The translations under genes were made by a program, and so were the position numbers. From an uncultured Lentisphaeraceae bacterium (lineage in GTDB: Bacteria > Verrucomicrobiota > Kiritimatiellia > RFP12 > DVOR01), in contig CASDPK010000008.1 of assembly GCA_949282555.1 (NCBI GenBank), positions 3,108 through 67,107 of the forward strand: a stretch of 64,000 nucleotides of DNA, written 5' to 3'. The notes beneath the pieces were generated by a model. It was not told where the DNA came from, did not search any database, and saw only the letters and a list, made by a program, of their open reading frames with translations. How positions within the stretch are numbered: the stretch's first letter is position 1; every line of letters begins with the position of its first letter. Shown here piece after piece: positions 28,030-36,916 of this stretch.

Positions 28030-29322
28030 TTAGGCCCCGGTCTGCTGGCCGATGGTGCCGATGATGGAGATCAGCGGCATGAACATGGCGATGACGATGC
28101 CGCCGACCACGACGGCAAGGAAGATGATCATGATGGGCTCGATGATCGAGGTCATGGCGGCCACCGCGTTGTCCACTTCATCGTCGTAGGTGTTGGCCAC
28201 GCGGATGAGCATCTCGGGAAGGGCGCCGGTCTCTTCGCCGACTTCCACCATGGAAACGACCATGGGCGGGAAGACGCCGCTGGCGCCGAGGGGCGCCGTC
28301 ATGCCCTCGCCTTCCTTCACGCTGTCGTGGACGGATTGGAGCGCCTTGGAGATGACTTGGTTGCCGGTGGTCTCCTTGACGATGCTGAGCGCCTGGAGCA
28401 CCGGAACGCCGGAGCTGAGCAGGGTGCCAAGCGTACGGGTGAGACGCGCGACCACGGTCTTTTGGGTGAGTTGTCCGAAGACCGGCGCACGCAGGGCCAT
28501 GACGTCGTGGGCGTAGGAGCCGAAGGGCGTCTTGAAGAAGATCTTGGAGAGGACGACAAAACCGACGATGCCCGCGATGAGGAAGAGCCAGTAGTTTTGC
28601 ACCCACTCGGAGAGGCTGATGACGAACTGCGTAAGCGCGGGCATTCCTTCGCCGCCCATGAGGTCATCGAAGATCTGCTGGAACTTCGGAATGACCGCGA
28701 GCATCAGGAAGATCACAATGCCCAACGCGGCGCAGAGCACCACGATGGGGTAGGTCATCGCGCCCTTGACCTTGTTCTTGATCTTTTCGGCCTTTTCCAT
28801 GAACTCGGCCAAGCGGTTGAGCACCGTTTCCAACACACCGCCGGCCTCGCCGGCCTTGACCATGTTCACATAGAGGTGGTTGAAGATCTTGGGGTAGTTG
28901 CCCAACGATTCCGAGAAGGTGTTGCCGGTCTCCACGGTTTCAATCATTCCGTTGAGGGCGTCCTTGAGCGTTTCGTTGGCCGCCTGCCGGTGAAGCACAC
29001 GCAAACCGCGCAACAGGGGAAGGCCCGCATCCACCAGCGTCGCCAGCTGGCGCGTGAAGACCATCAAGTCTTTGGTCTTCACTTTGGCACGCAGGAACTT
29101 CGGGGTCTTGATTGTGATGTTTGCGGACTTTTTGGGCGCGGAGCCCTTGGCAGGCTTGGGGGCGGCCCCATCTGAAGCGTCTTCCTTGATCAGGCCGATG
29201 GCCTTGGGCGTGAGCTTCATGGCACGAATCTTTTCGATCGCGGCGCCTTGGGAATCGGCCTCGACTGTGCTAAGCACTTCCTTGCCTTGGGAATCCACTG
29301 CCTTGTACCTGAACTTGGCCAT
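28030..29322 (-). CDS. gspF: Type II secretion system / type IV pilus platform protein GspF/PilC family
   Basis: MAKFRYKAVDSQGKEV... N-terminus, two GspF-type repeats, three TM segments. Start 29322 was verified as a CAT reverse complement. Confidence 0.85.
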   Translation of the reverse strand: MAKFRYKAVDSQGKEVLSTVEADSQGAAIEKIRAMKLTPKAIGLIKEDASDGAAPKPAKGSAPKKSANITIKTPKFLRAKVKTKDLMVFTRQLATLVDAGLPLLRGLRVLHRQAANETLKDALNGMIETVETGNTFSESLGNYPKIFNHLYVNMVKAGEAGGVLETVLNRLAEFMEKAEKIKNKVKGAMTYPIVVLCAALGIVIFLMLAVIPKFQQIFDDLMGGEGMPALTQFVISLSEWVQNYWLFLIAGIVGFVVLSKIFFKTPFGSYAHDVMALRAPVFGQLTQKTVVARLTRTLGTLLSSGVPVLQALSIVKETTGNQVISKALQSVHDSVKEGEGMTAPLGASGVFPPMVVSMVEVGEETGALPEMLIRVANTYDDEVDNAVAAMTSIIEPIMIIFLAVVVGGIVIAMFMPLISIIGTIGQQTGA

Positions 29323-29383
29323 CGTCGTGTGTCCTTGTTTTGAGCTCAATGGGGCACGGCCCCAATTCCACATTGCTTTTTCA

Positions 29384-29412
29384 TTATAGCCGAAGCCTCC
29401 GACCTTCTGCAA
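29384..29412 (-). promoter_or_regulatory. Candidate sigma70 promoter TTGCAG-N17-TATAAT upstream of gspF
   Basis: Minus-strand -10 TATAAT at 29384-29389 and -35 TTGCAG at 29407-29412. These are the same hexamers as the promoter at 17943-17972. Confidence 0.4.
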
Positions 29413-29489
29413 CAGGAACGTGCCGCATGGGCTGATTGCTTTCGGGCGGTTCGCGTTTATGGGGGAAATGTGCTATAAGTTGCGGACCT

Positions 29490-31028
29490 ATGGAATGTGT
29501 TGCCCAGTTATTCCCGTTTTCGCCGACGGCCTCCGCGCTGGCGGCGGAGGTGGTTGCCGCGTGCCGTCGAGGACGGGTGCGCGTGGCGACGGCGGAGTCT
29601 TGCACGGGCGGCTTGGTGGGGGCGGTGCTGACGTCGGTGCCCGGGGCCAGCGCGGTTTTCAATGGGGGGACGGTCTGCTATCAGAACCGCCTGAAGGCGT
29701 CGTTCTTGGGGGTTCGTTGGGAAACCTTGGAGCGTGTGGGGGCGGTGAGTGCGGAGTGTGCGCGGCAGATGGCCGAGGGGGTCTGCCATGCGACGGATTC
29801 GGGCTTGGGCCTCGCGGTGACGGGGATTGCCGGGCCGGGGGGAGAGGGGCCGGAGAAGCCCGCGGGATTGGTCTATACGGCCGTGTCGCTCGCGGGGGCG
29901 ACGGTGGTGCGTGAGAACCGGTTCGCGGGGGATCGCGCGTCCGTGCGGGCTCAGAGTGTTGAGATGGTTTTGCAGATGGCACTGGAGTGCCTCAGAAAGA
30001 GAGAAGCGAAGATGGTCAACATCGACTGGTCGAAACTCGGTTTCGCGTATATGCCTACGCGGAGCCACATCCGTTACACTTGGAAAGATGGCGCATGGGA
30101 CAAGGGCGTACTTGTCAACGAGCCGACCATTACGATGTCCGTAGCCGCCGGATGCCTGCACTATGGCCAGGAGGCCTTTGAGGGCTTGAAGGTGTTCCGT
30201 CAGAAGGATGGCCGTGTGGTGGCGTTTCGCCCGGACATGAATGCTGAGCGTTTGCAGCGCACGGCCCGCAAAACGGTGATGCCGCCGGTGTCGACGGAGA
30301 TGTTCTTGGAGGCGCTGGAGCGCGTGGTGCGTGACAACATTGACTATGTGCCGCCCTATGGCACAGGATGCGCGATGTATGTGCGCCCGTTGCTCATCGG
30401 CACGGGGCCTCAGATCGGCGTGGCCCCCGCGCATGAATACACGTTCTTGATGATGGTCATGCCGATGGGTGACTATTACAAGGGCGGAATCAAGCCCGTG
30501 AAGGCCGTCATTTTCGACGAGTACGATCGCGCGGCCCCTCAGGGCATGGGCGACGTGAAGGTGGGTGGCAACTATGCCGCCAGCCTTTATGCCCACGAGC
30601 GCGCCCATGGGATGGGCTTCCCCGTGGAGCTGTATTTGGACGCGAAGACGCATACGAACGTGGAAGAGTTCGCGACCTCCAATTTCCTCGGTTTCAAGAA
30701 GGATGGCACCTTTGTGACCGTGCGTTCCGACTCGGTGTTGCCGTCCGTCACGAACCTTTCCCTGCAACAGTTGGCCACGGATATGGGCCACAAGGTGGAA
30801 GTGCGCACGGTGCCCTATGCGGAGTTGGCCGATTTCGCCGAGATCGGCGCCTGCGGCACGGCGGTGGTGGTGACTCCGGTCTGCGAGATCCACCGGGGCG
30901 AGGAGGTCATCAAAGTGGGTTCGCCGGATGTTTGCGGGCCGAACCTGCTGAAACTGCATGACGCCGTGCAGGACATTCAGTTCGGCCGCGTTCCCGATCC
31001 GTACGGTTGGTGTTACGCCATTCAGTGA
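29490..31028 (+). CDS. ilvE: In-frame fusion ORF: CinA C-terminal domain (PncC-like NMN deamidase) plus branched-chain amino acid aminotransferase (class IV, about 340 aa)
   Basis: N-terminal ATAESCTGGLVGAVLTSVPGASAVFNGGTVCYQN is CinA_C. From the internal Met (30012) MVNIDWSKLGFAYMP...FEGLKVFR... is a typical long-form BCAT. No stop codon lies between the two domains. Confidence 0.7.
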   Translation: MECVAQLFPFSPTASALAAEVVAACRRGRVRVATAESCTGGLVGAVLTSVPGASAVFNGGTVCYQNRLKASFLGVRWETLERVGAVSAECARQMAEGVCHATDSGLGLAVTGIAGPGGEGPEKPAGLVYTAVSLAGATVVRENRFAGDRASVRAQSVEMVLQMALECLRKREAKMVNIDWSKLGFAYMPTRSHIRYTWKDGAWDKGVLVNEPTITMSVAAGCLHYGQEAFEGLKVFRQKDGRVVAFRPDMNAERLQRTARKTVMPPVSTEMFLEALERVVRDNIDYVPPYGTGCAMYVRPLLIGTGPQIGVAPAHEYTFLMMVMPMGDYYKGGIKPVKAVIFDEYDRAAPQGMGDVKVGGNYAASLYAHERAHGMGFPVELYLDAKTHTNVEEFATSNFLGFKKDGTFVTVRSDSVLPSVTNLSLQQLATDMGHKVEVRTVPYAELADFAEIGACGTAVVVTPVCEIHRGEEVIKVGSPDVCGPNLLKLHDAVQDIQFGRVPDPYGWCYAIQ

Positions 31029-31141
31029 CGGAAGTGAATGGCCGATGGGCGGCATGCGGGTGAAGATATCGCATGCCGGAGAAGGTGCCCCGCGTCTCTT
31101 TGGGGTGATCATCGTCCGATGAGTCAATGAAAGGAGCTTTT

Positions 31142-32890
31142 ATGTCGTTTTCCCCCTTGCAGCGAGGCCGTACAGGCGCACAGTGCGTGGTCGATGGACT
31201 CATCAACAACGGTTGTGAGGTCCTTTTCGGGTATCCCGGTGGGCAGGCCATCGATATCTTCGACAAGCTTTACGGCGCGCCGCTTCGGCTCGTCCTCCCG
31301 CGTCACGAACAGGGGGGCGTTCACATGGCCGATGGTTATGCGCGCGCCACGGGCAAGGTGGGATGTGTGCTCGTCACCTCCGGCCCCGGTGCGACCAATG
31401 CGGTCACCGGACTTGCCACGGCCATGATGGACGGCATCCCGCTGGTGGTGATTTCCGGACAGGTGGGTATGGGCCTCATCGGAACCGATGCCTTCCAAGA
31501 GGCAGACACGACGGGAATCACCCGTAGCGTCACGAAGCATAACTTCTTGGTGCGGTCGGTGGACGAGATTCCGCGCACGATCACCGAGGCTTTCCACATT
31601 GCTTCCACCGGAAAGCCTGGGCCTGTGCTTGTGGACATCCCCAAGAATCTCCAGCAGGCTTACACCACGCAACCGGATGTCCGGGACGTGGTCATCCGTG
31701 CTTATCACCCGACGGTGCTTGCGCCGCCTGAGCAGATTGAGCGCCTTGCCGATGCCATCAACAAGAGCCACCGCCCGGTGCTTTACGTGGGCGGCGGCGC
31801 GATCACCTCCGGCGCGTGCGCGCTGATTCGCTCTCTCGCCGAGACTTACGACATCCCTGTCTGCACCACGCTGATGGGGCTGGGCGCTTTCCCCGAAACC
31901 TCGCCGCTTTCGCTGTGGATGGTGGGAATGCACGGCTCCGTGGCCGCCAACAATGCCATTCAGCAGGCGGATCTCGTTATCGCCGCGGGCGCCCGCTTCG
32001 ATGACCGCGTGACGGGGCGTATCTCTGATTTCGCTTGTGCGGCGCAGGTGGCGCACATTGATGTGGATGCCTCCTCCATTGGCAAGAATGTGGAAACCGA
32101 TTTGCCCGTGTGCGGCGACCTTCGGCAAACGCTTGAGGCGCTCTTGCCGTTGCTCAAGCGGGCGGATCGTTCGGATTGGCTGGCGCAAATCTCCAAGTGG
32201 CGCGAGGCCAAACCTGCCGTTTACTTCCCGCGCAAGGATGGTAAGCTCCAGCCGCAGGCGGTGATCGAGGCGATTGATCGCGTCTCCAAGGGTTCCGCCA
32301 CCATCGTCACCGACGTGGGGCAGAACCAGATGTGGGCCGCGCAGTTCTTCCGCTACACGCGGCCGCGGTCCTTCCTCAGTTCCGGCGGATTGGGCACGAT
32401 GGGTTTTGGCGTGCCCGCGGCCATCGGGGCGCAGTTGGGCCGGCCTGATGCGCTGGTGGTTTCGGTGAATGGCGACGGTGGGTTCCAGATGAATATTCAG
32501 GAGCTCGTCGTGGCGGTTGAGCACAAGCTTCCGGTGAAGTTCGTGATCCTCAACAACTCCCGTCTCGGCATGGTGCGCCAGTGGCAGGATCTCTTCTATG
32601 AGGGCCGTCACTCCGCCACCATCCTCACGCAACATGACCGCCCGGAGAATGAGCACATCCATGCGGAGGAGCCGGCGTATCTTCCGGACTTTGTCAAGGT
32701 GGCTGAGGCTTATGGCATCAAGGCCGTGCGCGTAGCCACGTTGGCCGATGCGGAGGCGGCGTTGGCTGAGGCTTTCGCCGACCCGAGCCCTCGCTTGATT
32801 GAGTGCATCGTGGCCGAAGATGAGAACGTGTTGCCGATGGTTGCCCCGGGCGCCGCGCTCTCTGAGATGATCCTTGCCAACGCGAACTAA
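31142..32890 (+). CDS. ilvB: Acetolactate synthase large (catalytic) subunit
   Basis: ThDP-enzyme motifs and the ALS N-terminus GAQCVVDGLINNGCEVLFGYPGG. AAGGAG RBS 5 nt before ATG 31142. Confidence 0.9.
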   Translation: MSFSPLQRGRTGAQCVVDGLINNGCEVLFGYPGGQAIDIFDKLYGAPLRLVLPRHEQGGVHMADGYARATGKVGCVLVTSGPGATNAVTGLATAMMDGIPLVVISGQVGMGLIGTDAFQEADTTGITRSVTKHNFLVRSVDEIPRTITEAFHIASTGKPGPVLVDIPKNLQQAYTTQPDVRDVVIRAYHPTVLAPPEQIERLADAINKSHRPVLYVGGGAITSGACALIRSLAETYDIPVCTTLMGLGAFPETSPLSLWMVGMHGSVAANNAIQQADLVIAAGARFDDRVTGRISDFACAAQVAHIDVDASSIGKNVETDLPVCGDLRQTLEALLPLLKRADRSDWLAQISKWREAKPAVYFPRKDGKLQPQAVIEAIDRVSKGSATIVTDVGQNQMWAAQFFRYTRPRSFLSSGGLGTMGFGVPAAIGAQLGRPDALVVSVNGDGGFQMNIQELVVAVEHKLPVKFVILNNSRLGMVRQWQDLFYEGRHSATILTQHDRPENEHIHAEEPAYLPDFVKVAEAYGIKAVRVATLADAEAALAEAFADPSPRLIECIVAEDENVLPMVAPGAALSEMILANAN

Positions 32891-32900
32891 GGAGGTTCCC

Positions 32901-33377
32901 ATGCAGAAGCATATTCTCAACGTTCTGGTCGAGAACCGCCCGGGCGTCTTGGCGCGTATCGTTGGAATCATTTCCGGCCGTGGCTACAACATTGAGACGC
33001 TCAACGTCGGCCCCACCAACGATGATTCCACGTCCAAGATGACCATTGTGATCCCCGGTGACCGCAAGGTCATCGACCAGGTGGTGGCTCAGTTGGCCAA
33101 GCAGATCAATGTCTTCCGCGTGGACAATGTCACGGCGGTGCCGCACATTGATCGCGAAGCGATTCTGCTCAAGGTCAGCACGCGCGCCACAGGGCGTGCG
33201 CCCGTCATTGAAGTGGCGATGCTTTTCGGTGCGAAGGTCGTTGGCGTTCTCCCCGATGCGCTGACCATTCAGATGATTGGTTCGCAGATGCAGGTGGAGC
33301 AATTCCTCACCCTGATGCATCCCTTCGATGTGCTCGATATCTCCCGTTCCGGGTCCATCGCGGTGACGCAGGCTTGA
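32901..33377 (+). CDS. ilvH: Acetolactate synthase small (regulatory) subunit
   Basis: ACT-domain N-terminus MQKHILNVLVENRPGVLARIVGIISGRGYNIETLNVG. GGAGG RBS. Confidence 0.85.
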   Translation: MQKHILNVLVENRPGVLARIVGIISGRGYNIETLNVGPTNDDSTSKMTIVIPGDRKVIDQVVAQLAKQINVFRVDNVTAVPHIDREAILLKVSTRATGRAPVIEVAMLFGAKVVGVLPDALTIQMIGSQMQVEQFLTLMHPFDVLDISRSGSIAVTQA

Positions 33378-33429
33378 GCCGACGTGCCGCTGCCGTTTCA
33401 TCCGTAAGCAGAAAGAGACGTTCATCGCC

Positions 33430-34263
33430 ATGCAACGCTTCGCCGTCCTTGGCCATCCCATCGGCCACAGTTTCTCGCCGGTCATGCACACGGCGAGCTT
33501 TCGGAAGATTGGTTTCGACGGCGAATATGTCCGCTTGGACGTTCCGCCGGAAACGTTGGCCGACGCGCTCAACGCACTCGCCGACGAGGGGTTCACGGGC
33601 GCCAACCTCACCATCCCTCACAAGCAGTTGGCGGTGCCGATGATGGATCGGCTCACACCCGAGGCTGAACGGCTTGGGGCTGTGAATACGGTTCTCTTTC
33701 GCGACGGCAAGATGTGGGGGCACAATACCGATGGCCCCGGATTCCTTGCGGCGGCAAAGACCATGCTGGATTTTCACCCCGAGGGGCGCCGTGCGGCGGT
33801 GATCGGGTGCGGTGGCGCGGGTCGTGCGATCGCCATCACCCTCGCGCATGCGGGCGTCCGAACGTTGGGACTGATCGACTTGGATACCGCCCGTGCGGAG
33901 GCTCTTGCGCGGGAGATTTCCGAGACGTCCCCCGCGCAGGCCGAAGTTATTGGCCATGACCGTTTGCGTGAGGCTGACCTTGTGGCGCAGTGTTCGCCCA
34001 GCGGGTTGGCGGTGTTCCCTGAGCCCGCGGCCCGAATGGCGGATTTCCGCGAAGGGCAATGTCTGTACGATATTGTCATCCCTCCGGGTGCGCCCGTCAC
34101 CCCCACAATGGCAGAGGCTTCGAAAGCGGGGGTCCGGTGCGCCAATGGCGTTCGGATGCTGGTGGAGCAGGGGGCGCTTTCCTTTGCCTTTTGGACGGGC
34201 CTTGAGGCCGATCGCGAGGCGATGTGCCGCGCGGTGGAGGAAGGTTTGGCCGGGCATGAATGA
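33430..34263 (+). CDS. aroE: Shikimate dehydrogenase
   Basis: FAVLGHPIGHSFSPVMH..., LTIPHKQ, GAVNTV, and the Rossmann motif GCGGAGRA. Confidence 0.85.
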   Translation: MQRFAVLGHPIGHSFSPVMHTASFRKIGFDGEYVRLDVPPETLADALNALADEGFTGANLTIPHKQLAVPMMDRLTPEAERLGAVNTVLFRDGKMWGHNTDGPGFLAAAKTMLDFHPEGRRAAVIGCGGAGRAIAITLAHAGVRTLGLIDLDTARAEALAREISETSPAQAEVIGHDRLREADLVAQCSPSGLAVFPEPAARMADFREGQCLYDIVIPPGAPVTPTMAEASKAGVRCANGVRMLVEQGALSFAFWTGLEADREAMCRAVEEGLAGHE

Positions 34264-35314
34264 GTGGCTCATCGGGCTCCCGGAGGAACAGGCACTTTGG
34301 CTCGCCCGAGTGTCGATTGCCTTTGTGCTTTGCCTTGGGGCCATCATTGGGAGCTTCCTCAACGTCTGCATCTATCGCATCCCGTTGGGGCAATCGGTGA
34401 GTGTGCCGCGGTCGCATTGTTTCGGTTGCGGAAAGACCATCCCTTGGTACTTTAACATCCCGGTGCTCTCCTGGTTTTTCCTGCGGGGGAAATGTGCGTA
34501 TTGCGGCAGTGAGATCAGCGTGCGCTATCCCGTGATTGAGGCGCTGACGGCGGTGCTCTTTCTGCTCGTATTCCAAATGTGGGGCAATCCGGCGTTGTTC
34601 GGGTTGAGCCGCCTCCAAATCCCCGAACTGATCCCGTTCTATTGGCTCTTTGTCGCCTCCACGGTCGTGAACGTCATGATCGACTTGGATCATCGTATTT
34701 TGTTGGACCGGATCTCGTTGGGAGGGACCTTGCTCACGCTTGTCGCCTCGGCGGCCTTTCCTGTGATGCAGGGACAAACGACGCTTCTTGCCGGACTGGG
34801 GCACGCGGTGCTGGGCGCGGTGGTGGGATTCGGCACGGGATTCCTCGTCGCTTGGGCCGGTGAACGTATTTTCCTGCAGGATGCGTTCGGATTCGGCGAC
34901 GTGAAGTGGATGATGTTGTTCGGTGCGCTCTTCGGATGGAAGGGATTCTTTTACATTCTCTTGATCGCCGCAGGGGTGGGGCTTGTGATGGGGCTTTGCG
35001 CCATGCTTGCCCAGCGTGCCCGTGCGGGGCTTCGGGCGGAGCCGTTGGCGATCCCCTTTGGCCCGGCGCTGGGAACCGGGGCGCTGCTGTGGTTGTTTTG
35101 GGGGCATTGGGTGACGCGCGGACTGGAAGCGGCGGTTCTTTGGGCGCAAGCCCGCCAAGGGCTCGTGTTGGCCGTGGTGTTGCCGGTGCTGTTGCTCCTC
35201 TCGATTTGGCTGTGCGTCCGTATCTATTTCATCCGGAAAGCGGTCCGAGAGGAAGAGGCCGCCGAAGAGCTGACGCCCTTGCCCGAGAACCCAACCGACG
35301 GAGACCACCCCTGA
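34256..35314 (+). CDS. Prepilin leader peptidase / N-methyltransferase (A24 family) with C-terminal extension
   Basis: CxxC...CxxC zinc motif (CFGCG...CAYCG) and polytopic membrane domain typical of PilD/GspO. 8-bp overlap with aroE (ATGAATGA). Confidence 0.8.
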   Translation: MNEWLIGLPEEQALWLARVSIAFVLCLGAIIGSFLNVCIYRIPLGQSVSVPRSHCFGCGKTIPWYFNIPVLSWFFLRGKCAYCGSEISVRYPVIEALTAVLFLLVFQMWGNPALFGLSRLQIPELIPFYWLFVASTVVNVMIDLDHRILLDRISLGGTLLTLVASAAFPVMQGQTTLLAGLGHAVLGAVVGFGTGFLVAWAGERIFLQDAFGFGDVKWMMLFGALFGWKGFFYILLIAAGVGLVMGLCAMLAQRARAGLRAEPLAIPFGPALGTGALLWLFWGHWVTRGLEAAVLWAQARQGLVLAVVLPVLLLLSIWLCVRIYFIRKAVREEEAAEELTPLPENPTDGDHP

Positions 35315-35676
35315 TGGATGCGATTCTTTTGGAGGGATTGCGCGTCGAGTGCATCATTGGCGATTTGCCCCACGAACGGACCTTCCCGCAGGAACTGTTC
35401 CTTGATTTGGAGTTGGGCTGCGACCTTCGCCCTGCGGCACGCAGTGACGCCCTCGCCGATACGGTGAACTATGTCGCCGTGGCCGCGGCCGTCCGGGCCG
35501 CGCTCACCGAGGGGCGTTGCCAAATGGTGGAACGCGCCGCCCAACTGGCGGCGGATGCCGCCTTCGCCGTTGATGCCCGCATTCGCACCGTTCGCGTGAC
35601 GTTGCGCAAACCGCACGCGCTCCCCGGCGTGGTCGCTGCCGTTCGCATCTTCCGCGAACGCGAAGACAAGAGTTGA
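35314..35676 (+). CDS. folB: Dihydroneopterin aldolase
   Basis: 120 aa. MDAILLEGLRVECIIG...ADTVNY matches the FolB fold signature. Start overlaps the prepilin peptidase stop (TGATG). Confidence 0.75.
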   Translation: MDAILLEGLRVECIIGDLPHERTFPQELFLDLELGCDLRPAARSDALADTVNYVAVAAAVRAALTEGRCQMVERAAQLAADAAFAVDARIRTVRVTLRKPHALPGVVAAVRIFREREDKS

Positions 35677-35721
35677 CCTTGTCATGCGGTTCCGCCGTTT
35701 TTTTGAGCCTTCCCGCCGTGC

Positions 35722-35762
35722 GTTGGGAAGGCTCGTTTCATTTTTGCCCCATCTTTTCTTGG
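35722..35762 (+). terminator. Rho-independent terminator after folB
   Basis: GCCTTCCC-gccgtgcgtt-GGGAAGGC, followed by TCGTTTCATTTTT. Confidence 0.5.
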
Positions 35763-36095
35763 AAACGATCGCTGGACGTCTTCGAGTTCATGCTTGACAA
35801 ACCCGGTGTCCCAGTGTACCCTATGGAGCACATAGCTTGAGTTGAGGCGGAGTCCCAGTTGGGTCATCCCGCCACGCCTCAGGCGCATAACGATGCGTTA
35901 ACGCATACATTCGTTCGTAGGGAACTACCACTTCTGTTGCAAGGACGAAGGTATTGCGGAGGCGCGTTGGGGTTATTCCCTGGCGTGTTTCTCCCGTACT
36001 GTTTTCTTGCAAGGCTGTGGTAGGCCTCCTACGGAAACGTGAACGGACGGAGGCACGCCTTAATTGTGTCTCCGGTTGAAGAGGAGACACTTGCA

Positions 36096-36824
36096 ATGAC
36101 ATCTTATCCTTCTGATGAACAGGCCCTTCGAGCGGGGATCACCAATCTCATGCAACGTTGGGAAGCGGCTCTGCCGGATGATTTGCGCGAACGTTTTGTT
36201 CCGGACGGTTTCTATCCTAACTACACGCATCAGCGTAACCGCCTGTTGTTTATTGGCCGTGAAGCGTACGGAATGACGGGGTGCGATTATGTTGACGTGT
36301 TCGACCCTATTTACCGTCGTGGATATGGGCTCGGTCGTTTTCATCGCGACATTCTTCACATTGCGTGGGGGCTTCTGAATCGAATTCCACGTTGGCAGGA
36401 CATCCCGGATGCCACGGAAATGGCTGGCCAATTTGGTAAGACGGCAAAGGAGGGTGGCCTTTCGTTCGCTTTCATGAACGCCAACAAGTGCAGCAATGAG
36501 AATGGCGACACGCCTACGAATTGGGCGGAAATGGATCGCTTCCTTGGTGTTTCGATGCCTTTTATCCGCGAGGAAATCGCACTGTTGCGCCCCGATGTCG
36601 TCATTTCGATGAACCTCAACGACAACAAAACCTATTACGAAGGTTTGGGACAACAGTATCTCTTCCACACGGGGAAGGATGGGGATGTCGCCCTTCATCG
36701 GCTCCCCGATGGAACGCTCTTTCTTGATGTTTGGCATTTCTCCGCCTGGGGCAAGGATAGTGGCACGCAACGTTACGAACCAATCGTTGAGGCGCTTCAA
36801 CACCCCGAGATCCGTTGGTGGTGA
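36096..36824 (+). CDS. Hypothetical protein
   Basis: Lower-GC ORF with no signal peptide. No confident family. There is a weak resemblance to uracil-DNA-glycosylase-fold motif spacing (FIGREAYG ... HFSAWG), unverified. Confidence 0.45.
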   Translation: MTSYPSDEQALRAGITNLMQRWEAALPDDLRERFVPDGFYPNYTHQRNRLLFIGREAYGMTGCDYVDVFDPIYRRGYGLGRFHRDILHIAWGLLNRIPRWQDIPDATEMAGQFGKTAKEGGLSFAFMNANKCSNENGDTPTNWAEMDRFLGVSMPFIREEIALLRPDVVISMNLNDNKTYYEGLGQQYLFHTGKDGDVALHRLPDGTLFLDVWHFSAWGKDSGTQRYEPIVEALQHPEIRWW

Positions 36825-36916
36825 GTTTCTGCCAAACGTACCTTCGCGTCAAGAAGAGATCTTCGGAAAGTGGAGGTACGGTTTCTAACCCTTTGAAAAC
36901 AGGAGGAGTGTCCGTG

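Noticed and set aside
23269-29175. Plus-strand ORFs of 243-412 aa across the pseudopilin/gspF genes
   Set aside because: Shadow ORFs. The minus-strand frames carry prepilin and GspF motifs and RBSs.
29436-29489. Upstream ATG 29436 as start of the cinA-ilvE ORF
   Set aside because: A CinA_C-like N-terminus begins near Met 29490. The upstream codons add a Cys/Gly-rich non-homologous leader and sit in the divergent promoter region.
29508-35308. Long minus-strand ORFs (539, 615, 298, 354 and 403 aa)
   Set aside because: Antisense to the cinA-ilvE, ilvB, ilvH, aroE and pilD genes, and Arg/His-rich.
35830-36060. Possible ncRNA or promoter (TTGACA-N17-TACCCT at ~35796-35830) in the spacer before the first island gene
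   Set aside because: No resemblance to tmRNA, RNase P, SRP or 6S RNA was recognisable by eye, and the -10 is weak. Left as unverified.
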